Below, one piece after another: positions 11,051-20,693 of a DNA stretch of 64,000 nt (position 1 is its first letter; every line of letters starts with the position of its first letter). Made by a program: the position numbers and the translations under genes. This stretch comes from Blastocatellia bacterium. GTDB lineage: Bacteria; Acidobacteriota; Blastocatellia; UBA7656. The notes under the pieces were generated by a model, which was not told where the DNA came from, made no database searches, and worked only from the letters and a program-made list of their open reading frames with translations. The stretch covers positions 160,001 through 224,000 of the forward strand of contig CAVXWP010000016.1 of assembly GCA_963765495.1 (NCBI GenBank). Reading direction: 5' to 3'.

Positions 11051-11608
11051 ATGAGATTGAAGCTGGCTGTTCTTACGATATACGCGCTAGGCGTGATTAC
11101 GCCCGCGGCTTTGATGGCCGGACCCGCTGCCTCCGAGGATCAGGGCAACAGGGACAGCTATCAGAGTAAGAACCCCATTATCATGCTCAACACCAAGGGC
11201 GTGCGCACGCGCGGCCCTGTGCGCTTTGACCACGACGAACACGATTCGCTCATCAATCCCGACCCGAATAATCCTCACCCGGCTAAAGAGGGCGCGGCCT
11301 GCATAGGATGTCATCACACGGAGGACGCGCGCGGCATCGTGCAGTTGTGGAAATGCACTTCGTGCCACAAGACCGAAGGCGGGGGCGACGGGAAATTCAT
11401 AAACACAAAGAACAAGGACTGCGATCAATCGGGCAATCCCAAGAATCGCGAATGCGACGAGGTCTATTTCGAGCGGGCCTTTCACGACAAATGCATAAGC
11501 TGTCATATAGCGTCGAATAAAGAGTTCACCCTGAAGCAACCCGCGCCCGTGACGTGCGGCGGCTGCCACGAGTCTTTAGGAGCGAGCGCGGCCATGAATT
11601 CTAAATAG
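11051..11608 (+). CDS. Periplasmic tetraheme cytochrome c3-like protein
   Basis: Signal peptide; FDHDEH, CIGCHH, CTSCH, CISCH, CGGCH. Paralogous to the N-terminal domain of 4197..6551. Confidence 0.88.
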   Translation: MRLKLAVLTIYALGVITPAALMAGPAASEDQGNRDSYQSKNPIIMLNTKGVRTRGPVRFDHDEHDSLINPDPNNPHPAKEGAACIGCHHTEDARGIVQLWKCTSCHKTEGGGDGKFINTKNKDCDQSGNPKNRECDEVYFERAFHDKCISCHIASNKEFTLKQPAPVTCGGCHESLGASAAMNSK

Positions 11609-11709
11609 CACGAATTCTAAATAGGAAGTTGGACCGGATTTGAGGTGTAATTAGGGGCTGTCCGAATTTTGCTATGACAGGTGGCAGTCATCTGGAGGAT
11701 TACCAGACC

Positions 11710-12693
11710 ATGCTGGGAACGAAAAGGATAGTACTCGCTTTAGGCTGTCTGTTGTTGATGGGGGCGTATTTCGGATTTACGCCGTCCGAGGCTAGTGAAA
11801 CCGACGCGCTCGTTTCCCAGCCCGTTCAGGGCGCGAGGCGAAACGCCAGCTTTCCACACGAAAAACAGAAGCACTCCGAGCTCGATTGCTCGAAATGTCA
11901 CCGGGTCACAAATCAGCCGCCCTTCGATGTCAAATCTCCCACGAGCGGTTCGGTTTATCCGGGGCACGCAAGCTGCGCGGGGTGTCACAACTTTGCCCAG
12001 ATGTTTTTCACGCAGCCGCAGTTTTGCGCCATCTGTCACAACGGAAGAGCCGTATCCCGTTCACAGCCCGCGCTCTTTGACCGCATCCCCAAGGCCGACC
12101 GCCCGAGCGATTTCGGATTGGATTTTTCACACGTCAATCACAAAAAGTCGCTTCCGCAAAACATACAGATAGAGCGATTTGATGTTAAGCCGATCTCTCA
12201 TTTCGGAGACATGTTCCAGCCGGGCGACGCTCCTAAATGCACCGGCTGTCACGAACAGACCCGCCCCCTGCGCGACAACCCGGATGATATGCGGACGGCC
12301 ACGGGGCACACGGCCTGCTTTGTCTGCCACGGCGCAATTCCTTCGAGCGGACGGTTGAAAAGCGTAAAGGAATTTCCTTACATGAACGATTGCCGCGAGT
12401 GTCACGACCTGCGCGGAGGGCGCTCGCCGCATCTGTTTGCAAATTACCATATAATGGATTTCAGGCACGAGGACCACGATTACGACATACGCCCGAGAAC
12501 CAAACAGCAGATCCGCGAGATAAAAGCCGAGGATCGTTTGTGTTCCGAGTGCCACAAGTCTGCGGCTACGGCTGAAAGCCTCAATGCCATAAAGCTGCCG
12601 GAAGAAAATTACTGCAACCAGTGCCATAACGGTAAGATCGGGCTGCCCGATCCTCTGGCTCAGGATGTTATGGATACGCTTAGAAGGCGTTAA
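11710..12693 (+). CDS. Octaheme cytochrome c built of c7/c3-like repeats
   Basis: Signal peptide; 8 CXXCH arranged 3+3+2, each group preceded by an FxH..H segment. ggagg RBS before ATG 11710. Confidence 0.88.
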   Translation: MLGTKRIVLALGCLLLMGAYFGFTPSEASETDALVSQPVQGARRNASFPHEKQKHSELDCSKCHRVTNQPPFDVKSPTSGSVYPGHASCAGCHNFAQMFFTQPQFCAICHNGRAVSRSQPALFDRIPKADRPSDFGLDFSHVNHKKSLPQNIQIERFDVKPISHFGDMFQPGDAPKCTGCHEQTRPLRDNPDDMRTATGHTACFVCHGAIPSSGRLKSVKEFPYMNDCRECHDLRGGRSPHLFANYHIMDFRHEDHDYDIRPRTKQQIREIKAEDRLCSECHKSAATAESLNAIKLPEENYCNQCHNGKIGLPDPLAQDVMDTLRRR

Positions 12694-12713
12694 ACCGATA
12701 GGGCGGTAATGAC

Positions 12714-13724
12714 ATGAGAAACGATACAGCGACAAGGCTCAAGCAAATAGTTCTGGCGATAACCGTGACACTTCTCATAGCGGGGGTCGCCTGCCGCAGC
12801 ACACAGCAGAATTTGAATAAACCGCCCGAAAACACAAATGGAAACTCAAACACCGCAGCGCCCGTCGACACAGGCATAATCACGGCCGAATCGCCCGTGG
12901 TCCGCACCTCGACTTTTGACCATTTCAGGGCCGAGCACCGGGTGGGGGCTGATGCGAAGATAAAAGACTGCGCCGTCTGCCATAAGAGAGACACCGCCGC
13001 GCCCTCAGACCCGCAGGTAAAACAGCCGAACCGGGATGGCTGGACGCCTTATCACGATTCTTGCGAGGTCTGTCATAACAAAGAGAATTTCCGCGAAACA
13101 TCGGCAACCGTACTGAAAGAAAAACCCCTCTGCGCGGGGTGCCACAAGGCGGAGGGCAACCAGATCGCCATATCTTCGGGCGGCGGGTTGAAAGGCGTCG
13201 TGATCGATTACCCGAAAGTGGAGACCGAATTCGGCATCAAAGGCGGCGCGAAAGGCTTCTCTCATAAGACTCACATGGACCTGCAAAAGATGGCCAACGA
13301 AGGCCAGGAAGTCAAATGCGAGACCTGTCACCAGTTCGGCAACAGAGGCATTCAGGCCTCCTTCCCGGAGCACCCGAACTGCTTTGGCTGTCACAGCCAT
13401 CAGGCCGGGCAGAAATTCGGCTCCTGCGACGTTTGTCACGTAAAGGCGCAGATGGCCGTAAGCTTCAGCCCCGGGACGGGGACGGCAGCCCGGCTGTATA
13501 ATTTCAGACACAGCAACTCTCATTTGAAGGCGGCAAACTGCGACCGATGTCATAAGACGAGGGAGATAGAAGCTCAGGCTGAAACCGATACGAAACCTCC
13601 TACCGATATAATGCAAATCAGCACGGCGCGAGGACAACGACACACTTCAGCCTGCTGGAGTTGTCACAGCCAGGCGCGTGAAACCGTTTGTACGAAATGC
13701 CATGTCGGGTCCCTGCCATTCTAA
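12714..13724 (+). CDS. Nonaheme cytochrome c lipoprotein (3 x triheme c7-like repeats)
   Basis: Lipobox IAGVA-C; 9 CXXCH in three FxH..H-CXXCH..H..CXXCH..CXXCH units. Confidence 0.88.
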   Translation: MRNDTATRLKQIVLAITVTLLIAGVACRSTQQNLNKPPENTNGNSNTAAPVDTGIITAESPVVRTSTFDHFRAEHRVGADAKIKDCAVCHKRDTAAPSDPQVKQPNRDGWTPYHDSCEVCHNKENFRETSATVLKEKPLCAGCHKAEGNQIAISSGGGLKGVVIDYPKVETEFGIKGGAKGFSHKTHMDLQKMANEGQEVKCETCHQFGNRGIQASFPEHPNCFGCHSHQAGQKFGSCDVCHVKAQMAVSFSPGTGTAARLYNFRHSNSHLKAANCDRCHKTREIEAQAETDTKPPTDIMQISTARGQRHTSACWSCHSQARETVCTKCHVGSLPF

Positions 13725-13885
13725 ATTCAACAGGTCTTTTACGGCGCATCCTCGGCTAAGGGACGGGCCAGGCCAAACAACATTGACTCAAGAATGCCCG
13801 TGGTGTATCGTCCCTACCAAACCTTCCTGGTTTGATCCGGGGGATCATCAGGCTTGATTTCTTTTCCGAACAGAGGTGGTATTTT

Positions 13886-16324
13886 ATGGCGCAAGAACGC
13901 AAAAGCCGGCGCGAGGTACTCGACGCAATCAAAACCATCCCTTCGATAGCCGAGCTTTTATCGGCTCACGAAGGCCATTACGAACACGAGCTTGACCTTG
14001 AAGTCACCGTTTACGGGCGCAATTATGGCGGTAAGAAGGTCGGCCCCTATGTCCGCCTGCTCAGCTACGACCCGGGAGAGGCTGTGATTAAGGAAGGCGA
14101 CTGGGGCGGGAATACATTTTACATTGTAGCCGGCGGCCACGTGGATGTTTTTATAAATGCCCCCGGTCAGGGCGAAGTCAAAGTGGCGGAATTGCCCTCC
14201 GGCACTCAATTCGGAGAGATGAGCGTGCTTGCCGGTGTGCCTCGTAACGCCACGGTTAGGGCGCCTGCCGCGGGCCCCGCACAGGTGCTTGAAGTTCAGC
14301 GCCCGGCCCTGCGCCTGCTTCGCAAACTCCCAAAGTTCAGCGAGAGCCTCGATAAGACATATCGCTCGCACGGCAGAAATGCAACGATCGAAGATCTGAA
14401 GCTTCTCTTCGACATACCCGGAGAGCTTGCCGAGGACATCAAAAACATGTCGCTCTTCAGGGTCTTCTCAAAAAACCACGTCCTCTTCCGCGAAAACGCC
14501 GCCATCGACCGCATCTACGTGATAAAAGAGGGATGGATTCGCCGCAGCAAAGAGACGGGCGAAGTCGAAACGGAAGACTTCCTCGGCAAGGGCTATTGTC
14601 TGGGCGTAGAGGGGTTGTCGCAAAGCGCATCCTGGCCATACACCGTCACATTGCTCGGACGAACCGAGGTGCTTGAAATTTCGCTTCTCAGGCTTCGCCA
14701 GAACCCGGAACTCTTAAATGCCATTGCTAAAGGGATAGGCAGATTCGCGCCGCCGCCTTTTATGGCAAAGGTGAGCGAATTTAAGCCCGAAGTCCGCGAT
14801 AAGATTTTGGCCGCGCAGGAGAGCCTTATAGACACGGGCCTCGTCGATGGAAACAACCTGCTCGTCATGGACATGGACCTCTGCGTCAGATGCGGCAACT
14901 GCTCGCTTGCCTGTCACAAGATTCACGGCCAGTCGCGGCTGCTCAGAAGAGGCGTCCACGTGACCCGGCTCGACCGGCCGCGCCCGAGCGCCGTTCAAAG
15001 CATACTCTCTCCATCTGTCTGCATGCACTGCAAAGACCCCGAATGCCTGACCGGATGCCCTACGGGGTCGATAGGCAGGTTCGGCGCGGGGCAGGTAGAC
15101 ATCGACGCGAAGACCTGCATAGGCTGCGGCGATTGCGCCACCCAGTGCCCTTACAACGCCATCTCGCTGATTCCACGCAAACCGCCCGAAGCGGTAAAGA
15201 GCAACGGCGGATTTGCGGGTAAACTGCGCGATCTTTTAAGGCTTTCGCCCGACCCGCTCCCGCCCCCCGTAGAGACTACGGACAATCTGGTAGCCGTCAA
15301 ATGCAATCTCTGCAATAACACTCCGATAAATCCTCCGGGCAGCAAACGTCAGGCTTATAGCTGTGAAGAGAACTGCCCGACAGGGGCGCTTGCCCGCGTC
15401 AACCCGAGAGAGTATTTCAGCGAAATAGGCAATATCGAAGGGCTGATGTTGATGGATCAGACCCACGCTTACGGGCGCAATATTCATCAGTCCGATCCGC
15501 CAAAACGACTCACTCACATCGCAGGCATTCTGCTGACCGTGCTTCTGACTGCCGGAACCATATTGGGTATAGAACGCTACGGGCTTGGCGAACGTCTCTT
15601 CAGTTTCCTCAACATGCGCTGGATCACGGGGCTTGTCGGCCTCTTAGGCATCGCGGTCGTGATGACCTATCCCGTGCGCCGTCAGATGTACCGTCGCCGC
15701 GCGGGAGCCTTGCGTTACTGGATGCTCATACATTCTTATGTGGGAGTCATCGCGGGGCTTATGATACTGCTGCACGGCGGCACAAGTTCGGGCGGGTTGC
15801 TCACGACGGCGCTCATGATAAGCTGGGACCTCGTGATATTCACGGGTCTTTTTGGCATCTTCGCTTATCTGATCGGGCCTCGGATACTGACAAAGATCGA
15901 AGGCTCACCGCTTCTGATCGACGATCTGAAGACACGGCGCGAAGAGTTGCAAAAAGAGATAGCAACGATAGCAAGCTCGCCAAACGGGCAGCTTCACAAT
16001 CTGGTCAGAAACAAAGTCGTGCCGCACTTTGTCAACTTCGGATATCTGCTCAGACAGTATCTGAAGCGCGAGAACATTGATGAGATGCTTGAATCAGCCA
16101 AAGCCGAATTCAGTTCCGACGCCGCGACGCTTGCCGACGAAAAAGACCGGCGCAAGCTGCTGCGCGCAGTCGAAGCGGCGGCAACCCTGCGCAGAGTCGA
16201 CGCGCTCATCTACATCCATCGCGGTCTGAAGCTCTGGCTCATTCCACACGTAGCCTCAACTTCGCTAATGCTCGCGCTCATGACAGTTCACATAATACAG
16301 GTCATCTATTACGCATCGCGCTAG
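13886..16324 (+). CDS. Tandem cNMP-binding domains + DmsB/NrfC-like 4x[4Fe-4S] domain + multi-TM His-containing membrane domain
   Basis: FGEMSVLAGVPRNATV (phosphate-binding cassette). CVRCGNCSLAC, CMHCKDPECLTGCP, CIGCGDCATQCP, CNLC..CEENCP. TM helices with IHSYVG, LLHGG, PHVAS, TVHII. Confidence 0.85.
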   Translation: MAQERKSRREVLDAIKTIPSIAELLSAHEGHYEHELDLEVTVYGRNYGGKKVGPYVRLLSYDPGEAVIKEGDWGGNTFYIVAGGHVDVFINAPGQGEVKVAELPSGTQFGEMSVLAGVPRNATVRAPAAGPAQVLEVQRPALRLLRKLPKFSESLDKTYRSHGRNATIEDLKLLFDIPGELAEDIKNMSLFRVFSKNHVLFRENAAIDRIYVIKEGWIRRSKETGEVETEDFLGKGYCLGVEGLSQSASWPYTVTLLGRTEVLEISLLRLRQNPELLNAIAKGIGRFAPPPFMAKVSEFKPEVRDKILAAQESLIDTGLVDGNNLLVMDMDLCVRCGNCSLACHKIHGQSRLLRRGVHVTRLDRPRPSAVQSILSPSVCMHCKDPECLTGCPTGSIGRFGAGQVDIDAKTCIGCGDCATQCPYNAISLIPRKPPEAVKSNGGFAGKLRDLLRLSPDPLPPPVETTDNLVAVKCNLCNNTPINPPGSKRQAYSCEENCPTGALARVNPREYFSEIGNIEGLMLMDQTHAYGRNIHQSDPPKRLTHIAGILLTVLLTAGTILGIERYGLGERLFSFLNMRWITGLVGLLGIAVVMTYPVRRQMYRRRAGALRYWMLIHSYVGVIAGLMILLHGGTSSGGLLTTALMISWDLVIFTGLFGIFAYLIGPRILTKIEGSPLLIDDLKTRREELQKEIATIASSPNGQLHNLVRNKVVPHFVNFGYLLRQYLKRENIDEMLESAKAEFSSDAATLADEKDRRKLLRAVEAAATLRRVDALIYIHRGLKLWLIPHVASTSLMLALMTVHIIQVIYYASR

Positions 16325-16374
16325 GCTCGTCTGAAAGACGACCGGGCGAAGCAACAAGCCAGAGGATAGCCATC

Positions 16375-19300
16375 ATGGCCAAGAACATATTCATCATCAA
16401 AAGGACGGATAAGGATAGCGGCGTTGACGATGTCGTTATCGAAAGCGAAGGCTTAACCATAGGACGGCTCGTCGGTAACGACCTCGTCCTAAACCACAGG
16501 GCCGTGTCCAGAACCCACGCCGGGATAAAAGAGATCAACGGCGAATTCTGGATATTCAATCTCTCAACCTCTAACGGGACGGTGCTAAACGGCCAACTGG
16601 CTGACAAGACGCCGCTCGCCGACGGGGACGTGCTTCAGATAGGCCCTTATATGCTCGTGATTGAATACGGCAAGAACGCGCTCTCGATAATCGTTCAAAG
16701 AGAGATCGAGGTCAATCCGCTCGAGGCATATGGAGCGGCGCAGTCGGCAGGCGCGGACGAAACCGGAAAGACCATGATGATCCAGATACCGGGTCTTGCG
16801 GGCAAAATTCCGGGCGGCACAAAAAGCATCAGAGGCACAGGGCTTCTCGGCAATGTGCTTCCCTCGATGGATCAGGCGGCGCTCGATGTCTTCTGGGAGA
16901 AGAGAAAAAGAGAGGCAGGCAAGATCGCCGAAGTCACGCCGCTTCATCCGAAGGGGGGCGAACGACTCGGGAGAGCCAGAAACAACTGGCGTCCTACGGT
17001 TGATCTGCGGAGGCTGTGGCGCAAGTCTTACTTCTATCTTGGCGCGGCCGTCGTCGTGTTGCTTTCGATTATCGCGATAATCATCTATGAGAGCGCATAT
17101 TCGCCCGGCTCGCTGGCCGACCCGCACGTGCGCGCGATGGATCAGAGCGCGCTCTTTACGCGAAATATCGCCAGCCGCGAAAACGCCAATTCGTGCTCCA
17201 CGTGCCACGGCGTCACAACAGGTATGCTCGACAACTGCATAACCTGTCATACGACTACGACCACGGGCGCGAGCGGCGCGACGAAGGCCGGGTTTTTGCC
17301 CCGCACCCTGATCGCAGGGCACAATAATCAGAACCTCGTATGCACCGACTGCCACATCGAGCATCAGGGGAGAGATGTTACAGCGGGTCTTGTGAGCTAC
17401 CGCCTCTGCTACAACTGTCACAACGGCGTTTACACGATCAAGAACGCGGGCAAGATCGGGCCTGCCGGTTCTGTGCTCCCCATTCCGCACGGCGGCAAGA
17501 CCGGATACACGGAACTGAGCACCGAGACAAAAGGCGGAAAATACTGGCCGGGGCTTTCCGCCGCGAGATGGGAAAAATCTATCGCCCGGTGGAGGGCGAA
17601 AGACCCCAACATCATCGCCGACGCGAAGAGTCTGGAAAACAGCCCCTCAAATCAGCAGTTTCACAAACTGCACCTCGGCGGCATAGGAATAGAAGGCAAG
17701 CAGAACAACCAGATATGCGCCATATGCCACTTCGATCAAAGCGGCAAAAATCTCGACACACAGACCAATTACGGTTTGCACGAAGCGCCGCGCCTGTCCT
17801 GCGCCAAGTGCCATACGGTCTCATACACGGTCGCGGGGGCAGCAAGTCAGGTCCCGGCAAGTTGCGAGACCTGTCATCAACAGCACGGCGCTGACGAAGG
17901 CATCCTCAACACGGCAAAGATCGTAGCCGACCCCGGCAAAGAACAGGAGTTTCTGGCTTCGCTCAACAAACCCGCGGCGGGACTCGAAAGTGGATTCCTG
18001 CCCTCGGCCGGGGCCATTGGAAGCGCCGATGTGATAAGGCAGAACAGAGATGTGGTCAGCCTTTCAAGCGCCGCTTCCAGTTTCGGCGCGCTTCCCTGGT
18101 ACGGGTGGGTGGCGGTCATCGGCATCATCCCCATCGCGGGTCTCGTCTTTATGTTCACCGACACGGCCCGCCGCAAATCTTATTTGAAGACGACTAAAAT
18201 AGAGGTCAAACCCGAGGATGAGGCGGCACTTGCGCTGACGGGTCTGCTCGACCTCGACAAACTGAAAGAGCAGGGACCGGCCTATCCTCACCCGGTCATA
18301 AACCAAATGACGTGCATAGGCTGTCACGCCTGCGTTGATGCCTGCCCTCACGATGTACTGGCAATCGTCAACGGAAAGTCTACGCCCATCGCGCTCGATC
18401 AGTGTATGGAAGACACCGCCTGTCAGGTCGAGTGCCCTACAAGTCCAAAATCCTGCATAGTAGTAAACACCAAGAAAGTGATTCCGCCGCGCAAGGTCCC
18501 GGCTCGTGACGGGCGGTTGGAGACCAACGTGCCGGGCATATATATGACGGGAGACGTTTCGGGTACGCCGCTTATCAAGAACGCCATAAACGAAGGGCGG
18601 AGGGTGATCGATTCCGTCAAGGAAGACCTTGAAAAGAACGGGCGCGCTCCGGGGGCGGATTATGATGTGGCAATCGTAGGATGCGGTCCGGCGGGATTGT
18701 CTGCGACGGTCCTTGCCAAAATAGAGGGGCTGAGTTATATCGCGGTGGAACAGGATCGTCTGGCCGGAATGATTCAGGAAGTCTATCAGGCAGGCAAGTT
18801 TGTCTTTTACACACCCGCCGATAAAGAAGTGGTCGGCGGCGTCCCGCTCCTCCCAGACCCCGACAAGCCCGAAGGAAATCTGAAAGAGAACATGCTCAAG
18901 GGCTGGTTCGACGCGATGATGCAAAACGGCGTGGTTGTAAATGAAGAGGAAGGATGCCGGGCGGTCAAGAGCGAAAACGGGTACTTCGTTCTTTCGACCG
19001 AAAAGGGCAAGTCGAAACAGAAGGTGGAGTACAAGGCTCGCAAGGTGATTCTCTCCATCGGCAATCGCGGAGCACCGATGAAACTCGGCGTTCCGGGCGA
19101 AGACCTAAAGATAACCGTCACGCCTCCGCCACAGATCGCCAATCACTGCCCGAAATGCGGGATGGCCCGCAAAGGCACCCAGCTTTTCTGCGTTCAGTGC
19201 GGGCAGCAACTCCCTTCAAAGACCCTGCCGCCTTTCGAGGACGACAGAGTGCAATACAAGCTCTCTGACCCGAAAGACTATGTCAACCGCAAGTGCATAG

Positions 19301-19674
19301 TCGTGGGCGCGGGCAATTCGGCCATAGAGGTAGCCGTAGGTCTTACAGGGTTTGAGCGCGACGGAGACAAGATCAATTTCACAAGCGACAACGAAGTCAC
19401 TTTGATCGTCCGCTCGGATTTCAAAGGAGACCTCGCTTTAGGAAACAAGATGAACGTCTATGATTGCATAGACTCGGGCCGCATGAAGGCATATTTCGGA
19501 TGCGGGATCAAAGAGGTGCTGCCCGGCGAGGTAGTCATAATGAACGCTCGCACAAAAGAAGAGAAGGCCCGCATCCCGAACGACTATATCTTCGCCCTGA
19601 TCGGTGCCGAAAAACCCATAAAATTCCTCGAAAGCATGGGCGTAAAGATCGGCGCGGAGGCAAAAAAGGGATGA
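16375..19674 (+). CDS. FHA + TM + heptaheme cytochrome c + TM + ferredoxin + permuted FAD/NAD(P)H thioredoxin-reductase-like oxidoreductase with zinc-ribbon insert
   Basis: IGR..VSRTHA..STSNGT (FHA). 7 CXXCH between two TM helices. CIGCHACVDACP/CMEDTACQVECP. GDVSGTPLIKNA precedes YDVAIVGCGPAG; VVGAGNSA; CPKC..CVQC. Confidence 0.85.
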   Translation: MAKNIFIIKRTDKDSGVDDVVIESEGLTIGRLVGNDLVLNHRAVSRTHAGIKEINGEFWIFNLSTSNGTVLNGQLADKTPLADGDVLQIGPYMLVIEYGKNALSIIVQREIEVNPLEAYGAAQSAGADETGKTMMIQIPGLAGKIPGGTKSIRGTGLLGNVLPSMDQAALDVFWEKRKREAGKIAEVTPLHPKGGERLGRARNNWRPTVDLRRLWRKSYFYLGAAVVVLLSIIAIIIYESAYSPGSLADPHVRAMDQSALFTRNIASRENANSCSTCHGVTTGMLDNCITCHTTTTTGASGATKAGFLPRTLIAGHNNQNLVCTDCHIEHQGRDVTAGLVSYRLCYNCHNGVYTIKNAGKIGPAGSVLPIPHGGKTGYTELSTETKGGKYWPGLSAARWEKSIARWRAKDPNIIADAKSLENSPSNQQFHKLHLGGIGIEGKQNNQICAICHFDQSGKNLDTQTNYGLHEAPRLSCAKCHTVSYTVAGAASQVPASCETCHQQHGADEGILNTAKIVADPGKEQEFLASLNKPAAGLESGFLPSAGAIGSADVIRQNRDVVSLSSAASSFGALPWYGWVAVIGIIPIAGLVFMFTDTARRKSYLKTTKIEVKPEDEAALALTGLLDLDKLKEQGPAYPHPVINQMTCIGCHACVDACPHDVLAIVNGKSTPIALDQCMEDTACQVECPTSPKSCIVVNTKKVIPPRKVPARDGRLETNVPGIYMTGDVSGTPLIKNAINEGRRVIDSVKEDLEKNGRAPGADYDVAIVGCGPAGLSATVLAKIEGLSYIAVEQDRLAGMIQEVYQAGKFVFYTPADKEVVGGVPLLPDPDKPEGNLKENMLKGWFDAMMQNGVVVNEEEGCRAVKSENGYFVLSTEKGKSKQKVEYKARKVILSIGNRGAPMKLGVPGEDLKITVTPPPQIANHCPKCGMARKGTQLFCVQCGQQLPSKTLPPFEDDRVQYKLSDPKDYVNRKCIVVGAGNSAIEVAVGLTGFERDGDKINFTSDNEVTLIVRSDFKGDLALGNKMNVYDCIDSGRMKAYFGCGIKEVLPGEVVIMNARTKEEKARIPNDYIFALIGAEKPIKFLESMGVKIGAEAKKG

Positions 19675-19790
19675 GGGATGAGGGATGAGGGATGAAAAGG
19701 ACTGTAGGGAATTATGCTGATGAAATGGTGAGCGGCTTTTTATCAGGGTGTCGCGCTAAACTCTTTTCATCCCTCATCCCTCCTGAAATC
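19668..19790. repeat. Inverted heptamer-array element, family B copy 1
   Basis: (gggatga)x4-core-(tcatccc)x2-tcctgaaat. Supplies the TGA stop of the upstream gene. Confidence 0.8.
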
Positions 19791-19871
19791 CCTCCGAAGT
19801 TCCTTCATCCTTTCACTATATTGCTGTAGTATGTCAGGCAGGTTGAATCTGAGATAAAGGGAGGCAAAGGC

Positions 19872-20642
19872 TTGAAAGTCAGACTTCTGCCGAGCAGCGC
19901 GGGGCGACATTCCCAGGAGCAGTCGCTAACCAGTTTCCTCATAAACGATCTGGTTTCGATTGACGGCGGCAGCATTGGATTTGCCCTGACGCCACCTGAA
20001 ATGGGCAAGGTCCGAGACATCGTGATAACGCATACGCACAGCGATCATCACGCATCTTTGCCTATTTTCATAGCCGAAGCATTCACAATGCTCGACGGAC
20101 CCGTTACGATTTACGGCCTGCCGGAAGTGATCTCGGCGTTGAGGGAGTTTATATTCAACGACAAAATATGGCCGAACTTCGAAAAGATTCCGCTTATGAA
20201 CGGCAAATCTTCTACGATAGAGTTTCGCGTCTTAGAGCCGAGAGAGACGATCGAGATTGCGGGGCTGCGCGTGACGCCAATACCCGTAAATCACCTTGTT
20301 CCGACTATCGGATTGCTGGTCGAGGACGACGGGGCCGCCGTGATCTTCACCTCCGATACTTACGTGACGGACGAGATATGGCAGCGCGGCAGAGAGAGCG
20401 AAGAGCTAAAAGCCGTCTTTGTTGATATTTCATTTCCGAACGAGCTTGGCAAACTTGCTGCCGACTCCAAGCACCTGACCCCTGAGTTGCTTGCCGGAGA
20501 GCTGAAAAAACTGAACCGGGATGCCGAAGTCTTTGCGGTCCATATCAAGCCTACCAACAGGGATCAGGTAATTCACCAGCTTGGCCTGCTCGACAATCCG
20601 CTTGTTTCAGTGGCCGAAATCGGGCGGGTTTATGAGTGGTAA
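19872..20642 (+). CDS. 3',5'-cyclic-nucleotide phosphodiesterase (class II / metallo-beta-lactamase fold)
   Basis: THTHSDHH metal motif, FNDKIWPNF, PVNHLVP, FTSDT, SKHLTP, VHIKP. TTG start after ggagg. Confidence 0.85.
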   Translation: MKVRLLPSSAGRHSQEQSLTSFLINDLVSIDGGSIGFALTPPEMGKVRDIVITHTHSDHHASLPIFIAEAFTMLDGPVTIYGLPEVISALREFIFNDKIWPNFEKIPLMNGKSSTIEFRVLEPRETIEIAGLRVTPIPVNHLVPTIGLLVEDDGAAVIFTSDTYVTDEIWQRGRESEELKAVFVDISFPNELGKLAADSKHLTPELLAGELKKLNRDAEVFAVHIKPTNRDQVIHQLGLLDNPLVSVAEIGRVYEW

Positions 20643-20693
20643 CTGACGGGTGGTAATTGCCCCAGACCGGTCGCCGCAGAATTTGAAGATGTT

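Noticed and set aside
4197-13724. Calling the cluster MtrCAB/OmcS/Cyc2
   Set aside because: Heme counts, spacing and domain architecture do not match decaheme MtrA/MtrC, hexaheme OmcS or monoheme Cyc2, so no symbols were assigned.
18313-18348. CIGCH in the 16375 protein as an eighth heme site
   Set aside because: It is part of the CxxCxxCxxxCP ferredoxin motif on the predicted cytoplasmic side, so it was not counted.
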